This document shows, one piece after another, positions 33,829 through 38,525 of a stretch of DNA of 38,525 bases. The position numbers were made by a program, and so were the translations under genes. Under the pieces are notes generated by a model. That model did no database searches. It saw nothing but the letters and a program-made list of their open reading frames with translations, and was not told the origin of the DNA. Numbering within the stretch: the first letter of the stretch is position 1; each line of letters opens with the position of its first letter. The stretch comes from Mesotaenium endlicherianum (lineage: Eukaryota): assembly GCA_009602735.1 (NCBI GenBank), contig WELA01000805.1, positions 424,264-462,788 on the forward strand, in the 5' to 3' direction.

Positions 33829-36195
33829 GAGAACAAGCTGGAACGAGTGCTCAGGCAAGCTGGCTACCAAGGTGAATCTTCCGATCGGACGGCCTTCCAG
33901 CGAGCTCAAACTACGATATATTTGCTCAGAACGAGTGCGTGATGCGTGTGTCTACCAGTCCCGCATAACGCCTCCACAGGATTCACATAAGCCGTTCTCG
34001 ACACCAATCCTTACATTTGTGTGACTAAAACCCTCATGTTCCCAGTCGAGAAATTACAGGTTTTTAGAGGGTCACTAATCACGATCATCACACTTCACAT
34101 TCTAATTATGTTGGCTCAGACACCTACTCCATACAATACGGGCAGATTAAAGTCTACAAGACAAAGTTTCTGCTGCAGAAGCCCGTGCCAAGGTGGCCAT
34201 CAACGACCGTCGAGTATGACGAACCTCGGATAGCCACGGACAACACAAACACGACACTCGAAAGTCACGAGGTACTGCCTGCTGAGAACGCAGCCTATAC
34301 CAGCTGATCTAGAACTGGATGAGACCTGGTTCACACAAACCTGCTTATACTGGCTTATACCAGCTTGAACTGACTTGAACAAGCCTCCACTCGTGACTCA
34401 CCTCCACCCGCAACCACCAGCTGTTAAGTTTAAGCCCCCTAGCCGCCCCCTAGAGCAGCTGAGAAACCTGACCTAATTGTGACTGTTCTAGGCCCTGGCA
34501 TGCCGGAGTGTCGGCTGCTAACTTGAGCCGACGACGTAGACAGATTTCCACAGATCTGCCCATGGGGGGTAACTCCTACTGGGAAAATACACGGCGAAGA
34601 GTGTCGCGACTGCTATCCACTTCACGGTGCCGCACGTGCAGCGCAAGTCACGGCCGCCCAGGTACGGGAAGTCAGCATTGACTCACCGACCAGAGGACCG
34701 AGTCAGCGGTCATGTTGAAGTCGTTGTCACTGTCAAAGTGGTCACGACATGTCACACCCACACCCAGGATGGGATGGGGATGTGGACCGAGTGGTCAGCC
34801 GAAAGGCTAGGGACATGGAACCAGCAATGAGCCAGACTAGCAAGTGCCAAGAAAGGCACTGATCAATCGGCTATCCAAGCCAAGTACAGCAGGGATGTTG
34901 TAAAGGGCGTTGTGTGCCGCCTCGGCTAGGCCCTCAGGTGACAGGTCACGGCCTGAGCGTTCATCCTAAACGCTGTCAGCCAGCCACATAGGCGTGATTG
35001 TCAGCTGGAAGACTAAGTGGTCACGCGCAACAATCCCAATGCATGCATGCATGCATGCTGAATGACAACTTCTAAGCTGTGAGAGGACTGCCGGGTAAGG
35101 ACGGCATGCAAGCTATGCGCGGTGGCTAAGCACTGGCATTCTCGAGAGAGGATAATGTGTGGTGCCTATGAAAGGCACGAGCCCTGCCTGAAGCTGCCTC
35201 ATTCTTGCCCGCATCGTTGTCGAAGGAAGCTAAAGGAGCAGAAGGAGTTCCCAAGGTCATAGAAGAGCCAGGGCGCCACGCTTTTGCCGACGCTGGAAGG
35301 TTTCTTCCTAAAGTGTATCATAGAAAGGTTAGACCTCAGGAGCTCCCAAGAGAGGATCTCGCTGGTAGAAAGTAGAGAGCTGCAGAATAGAATCTGTAAG
35401 GAGATTAGCACAGATTTGGGTCAAACGCCACCAGCGTGCGAGGGTCACTTAAAATGGTGAGTGCTCTGTTAGTTTCCAAGTTCTTAGAAGTCTCCATTGT
35501 CGAATTGCTGATAGCAAGAGTAGTATTAACAAGCAAAAGCTCTTAGCGAAGAACTAAGTGAGCCCAGCCAAGCAGTGAAGAGCTGTTAAGGCGCGGTGTT
35601 GAGCGAAGAACTCAGACCAGGCCAGCATAGATGTGCAGTTCAAAGTTTTGTAAGCTGTGACTCGTGGAAGTTAAGCGAAAGCCTTGAAGGGCGATTTTCT
35701 CTGAACTTGACATTGCCTGTTAAGCTGCTTAGACGTGATTTCTGCAAACTACCAACTTGTTCATTTTGTAAACCCTCAACTTGGGCGAAAGCCTGTGTGA
35801 AAGTAAGACGCTTCTGTTCTACTTTTGAGAACTTGAGTTGATTGGTTCAGGTGAACAAGAATTCCCAAGTCAGTTGGGGATCGAGGCCTGTGAAGGCTGC
35901 CGATATTCAACCTGGAAGGGGACCCGGAGAAATTCAACTGTATATGCGATTGAGGAGTGGAAGACTCTACCACTATGTGGAGCCTGCATAAGCATTTGAT
36001 TCTAGCCAAGGTCCACAAGAAAGTGAGACGTCTGAGCATACTGACAACCGGTGGAGTGAGCAAACGTCGAGAGACGAGTCTCGTTATAACTCCGCAAGCG
36101 GTGAGAACCCAGATAACACACAAGCCTTTGCACCTGATTTGGGCAGAGAGCAAGACGTGTGGGGAAAAGTCAGTGAGTCCTGTTCACCGTTCGAA

Positions 36196-37408
36196 ATGGC
36201 CGGTGATGACCGGGATGAAAATCCTAAGTTCAAGCTGTTTGCAAAGTGTTTTACGGACGAACCAGCGGAAACGGTCTCACTTTCGAAGAGTTTGATGAGA
36301 TCTATTGGGCAGAATTCTTTGAGAAGATTCGGAAGGATTCTTCTTATACGCAATCTGTCGCATTTATAGGCTTGGTTCAGTACTTGGACAAGGATGCCCT
36401 ACTGTTTTATCGCCAATTCCGGAAGGATGAGGACCTCACCCAGGAATGGGCGTTTAAAGAACAGAAAAGGGCTAGGGATTTAAAAATCTAAAAAGAGGCT
36501 GCGAAAGCCCGAATGTCCGCTTTATCTTCAGGAAGAACAGTGACAACTGCCCCTGTTGAGAGCATAGACTTTGCTGCACTAACACAAGAATTAACAGAGG
36601 CCATGAGGCAACTCACTGAGGGCCAGCGGAAGGCTGCCACTCAAGATGATGATGCCGGCTCTGTCGCCGAATTGCGAAAGGTGTGTGCAGAACTGTCTGA
36701 AAAGATTGCTAAAGCTCAGGAACGAGTAACACGCAGAGCTACATCTCTCAATGGTCAGCAAAGCGATAGCGCCACGACAGAGGCAAGCCATGCGCAAGCC
36801 TTGGCTAGCTGTCGTAAGGATATGGAGGTTGGGGATGACCAGCTAGACTCCACGCATTGCCTGCGTCGTTTCTTTAAGTTGCTTGAAGCACGATTCCCAG
36901 AGGATCGCAGTCTTAAAGTGCACCGTTATGTGCATTTTGTTCGTCAAAAGAACGAGACAGTCATGGAGGTCAAATCCAGATTGGTAGACCTCGCCAAAAA
37001 GGCAAAAATATACGAGCCCAGAATAGTGGCTGACAAGTTTCTGTTGTGCTTGGGCAAGGAAAGAGATCGTGAAGTCAGGCCACATTTGTCCGCAAAACAC
37101 GCGATTGACTGGAACATCGACGAGGCGGCTGAAATAGCACGAAATGTCAAAGAAGGTAAAGTATGGTATAAAGAGGCTTCCAGGACGCTTATGGCTCCTG
37201 AGAGGAGAGAGGAATTCTCTTCGCCTAAGGCCAACAGCTCTAATTTTCAGTTTAAGAAAAAGAGCGGGTCCTTCAATAAGTTTGCTAAGCACGCCGACAC
37301 TGCTGAGACAACAGAGAGTTGTTGGAATTACAGGAAATCAGGACATCAGAAGAGAGACTATCCGTACCGAGATGCTAAGCAACTATCCGCTAGCCGCAGT
37401 GCGTATCA
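36196..37408 (+). pseudogene. Degenerate retrotransposon gag-like gene
   Basis: ATG at 36196; frameshift in the T-run at 36249-36252; in-frame TAA at 36489; then ORF 36513 onward with FFKLLEARFP, RQKNETVMEVKSRL, DKFLLCL, WNIDEAAEIA and a mutated knuckle CWNYRKSGHQKRDYP (37320-37361). Truncated by LTR-C. Confidence 0.75.
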
Positions 37409-38255
37409 ATGGCTTCTCGCCTTGGATTCAGATCTCTCTCAGTAAGCTGTACAGGAGAGTTGGCCTCGTTTCCGAATGCCGAACTCGAGAGCAATGCCTA
37501 GCGTATGTACATGGAATGAGTTTACTGTTCAACGGTCAGTGCGATGGCACCGCCTACCCGGGAGTTAACCACGTTGGTAGGACCTCGGTTAACCAAATCC
37601 ACCGCCATCTCCCATCATCCCGAATAGCCATCCATCATAGGGATGTCATCTGGCCATTCATCTAGCATATCGCACTTAGATGCATATCAAGGCAGTTCGC
37701 TGCTACCGAGTACGGAAGTCAGCTGGCTGTCAAAGAATGTGTCAGCAAGCTGACTTAAGGTCACCTCAGCCTGGTACTTCTGGCCAAGTCATTAAACTGA
37801 TATTAAGTATAAAGTCCAGCAGACTGATTGTTAACTAGAGTTCAGCAGGCTGAACTTATTTAACTATATTATTTAAATGAATATTATATCAACCAGTATA
37901 CTGATTCATTACAATCCCTCCAACTTATCATGTTGTCGCCTCGACAACACTAACACTAATAAAAGCGTGTTGTCCCTCTCATCCCCAGCCTGCTGCCCTT
38001 AGGAGGGAGGTGTCCCTGAGGTCCTATACTCAGGGGAGCCAGACCTCCTCCTGTCTTGGGGTCTTCGGAAGCCTGTCAGAGAAGGGGGTTCCGTGTAAGG
38101 ACCCGGCGGAGAACGCAGTAACTGGGCTGTTTCCTCCTGCACAGTCTGCAACTGAAGGGAGGCAGCCTTCTCCTGGGCAGCCCTCAAACTGACAGGTACG
38201 TATATCGGCATTCCAGAAGGATGTTGCATGACATGAGCCAAGGGTACATGCCCTC
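37409..38255 (-). mobile_element. 3' end of an LTR-A-family retrotransposon: partial 3' LTR (LTR-C, 37409-37913), PPT and internal 3' region
   Basis: 37409-37913 is colinear with 5458-5943 and ends ATTCATTACA. Adjacent minus-strand AAGTTGGAGGGAT is PPT-like and preceded by the hairpin TGTTGTCG-cct-CGACAACA (37931-37949). Confidence 0.75.
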
Positions 38256-38525
38256 TGTAATGATTTGAGCTATTATATATTAGTTTGCATATATTTTAAT
38301 GTTTTCTAATATATTTGGAGTAGTATTGTGTGGAGTCAAGTGTGAATAGGTACTCTAGTAACTTGGTTCATGTCCTTTGAACCTTCTAAGGCATTTTCGA
38401 AGTTAGAGGAAAGACCTAGAAGAACTCCACGTGGCAAAAGTCAAATGTGCCATTTTTAGGTCAAAAGGACATGTGTACATTATTCTAGAAAGAGGTGGCA
38501 AGTTTTGGGATGTGTTGGGTGCCAA
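38256..38525 (+). mobile_element. Partial LTR of a second copy of the chromovirus family (continues beyond the window)
   Basis: Reverse complement of 6757-7026 with 5 differences in 270 bp. Confidence 0.95.

Noticed and set aside
36489..36491. Stop-codon reassignment or programmed read-through
   Set aside because: Host genes here end in TAA, TAG and TGA, and the same gene has a frameshift and knuckle mutations, so simple decay explains it.

Overview
Eukaryotic, intron-rich nuclear DNA from a plastid-bearing plant-lineage organism. A streptophyte alga or early-diverging plant is inferred from the combination of CRR42-like, plant-type MED27, root-cap-domain and FTR1 genes. Host genes: (1) a 5'-partial extensin-like Pro-rich protein fused to a root-cap/LEA-type domain (+, 3-4151, 5 exons, spans an N gap); (2) a probable 2-exon orphan membrane protein (+, 16544-17812); (3) Mediator subunit MED27 (-, 26993-20025, at least 7 exons, partly lost at a single-N gap); (4) a plastid-targeted CRR42/SipA (DUF3148) protein (+, 27561-30599, 3 exons) head-to-head with MED27; (5) an intronless FTR1 iron permease (-, 33662-32712). 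Two transposon nests are present. At ~5.0-15.5 kb: old LTR fragments, an intact young Ty3/gypsy chromovirus (503-bp LTRs, TSD TAGTC, -1 gag-pol frameshift), a 30-bp-IR-bounded unit, a MITE and a non-autonomous Mutator-like element. At ~34.4-38.5 kb: an atypical gag pseudogene, an LTR with PPT, and a third LTR copy of the chromovirus family. I see no demonstrably new multi-gene system. The best leads are the fungal-like FTR1, a gapless 68-nt core with pseudoknot potential shared by otherwise divergent LTRs, the unclassified IR-bounded element, and a gag carrying a large coiled-coil insertion. All family assignments come from motif recognition by eye, not database searches.
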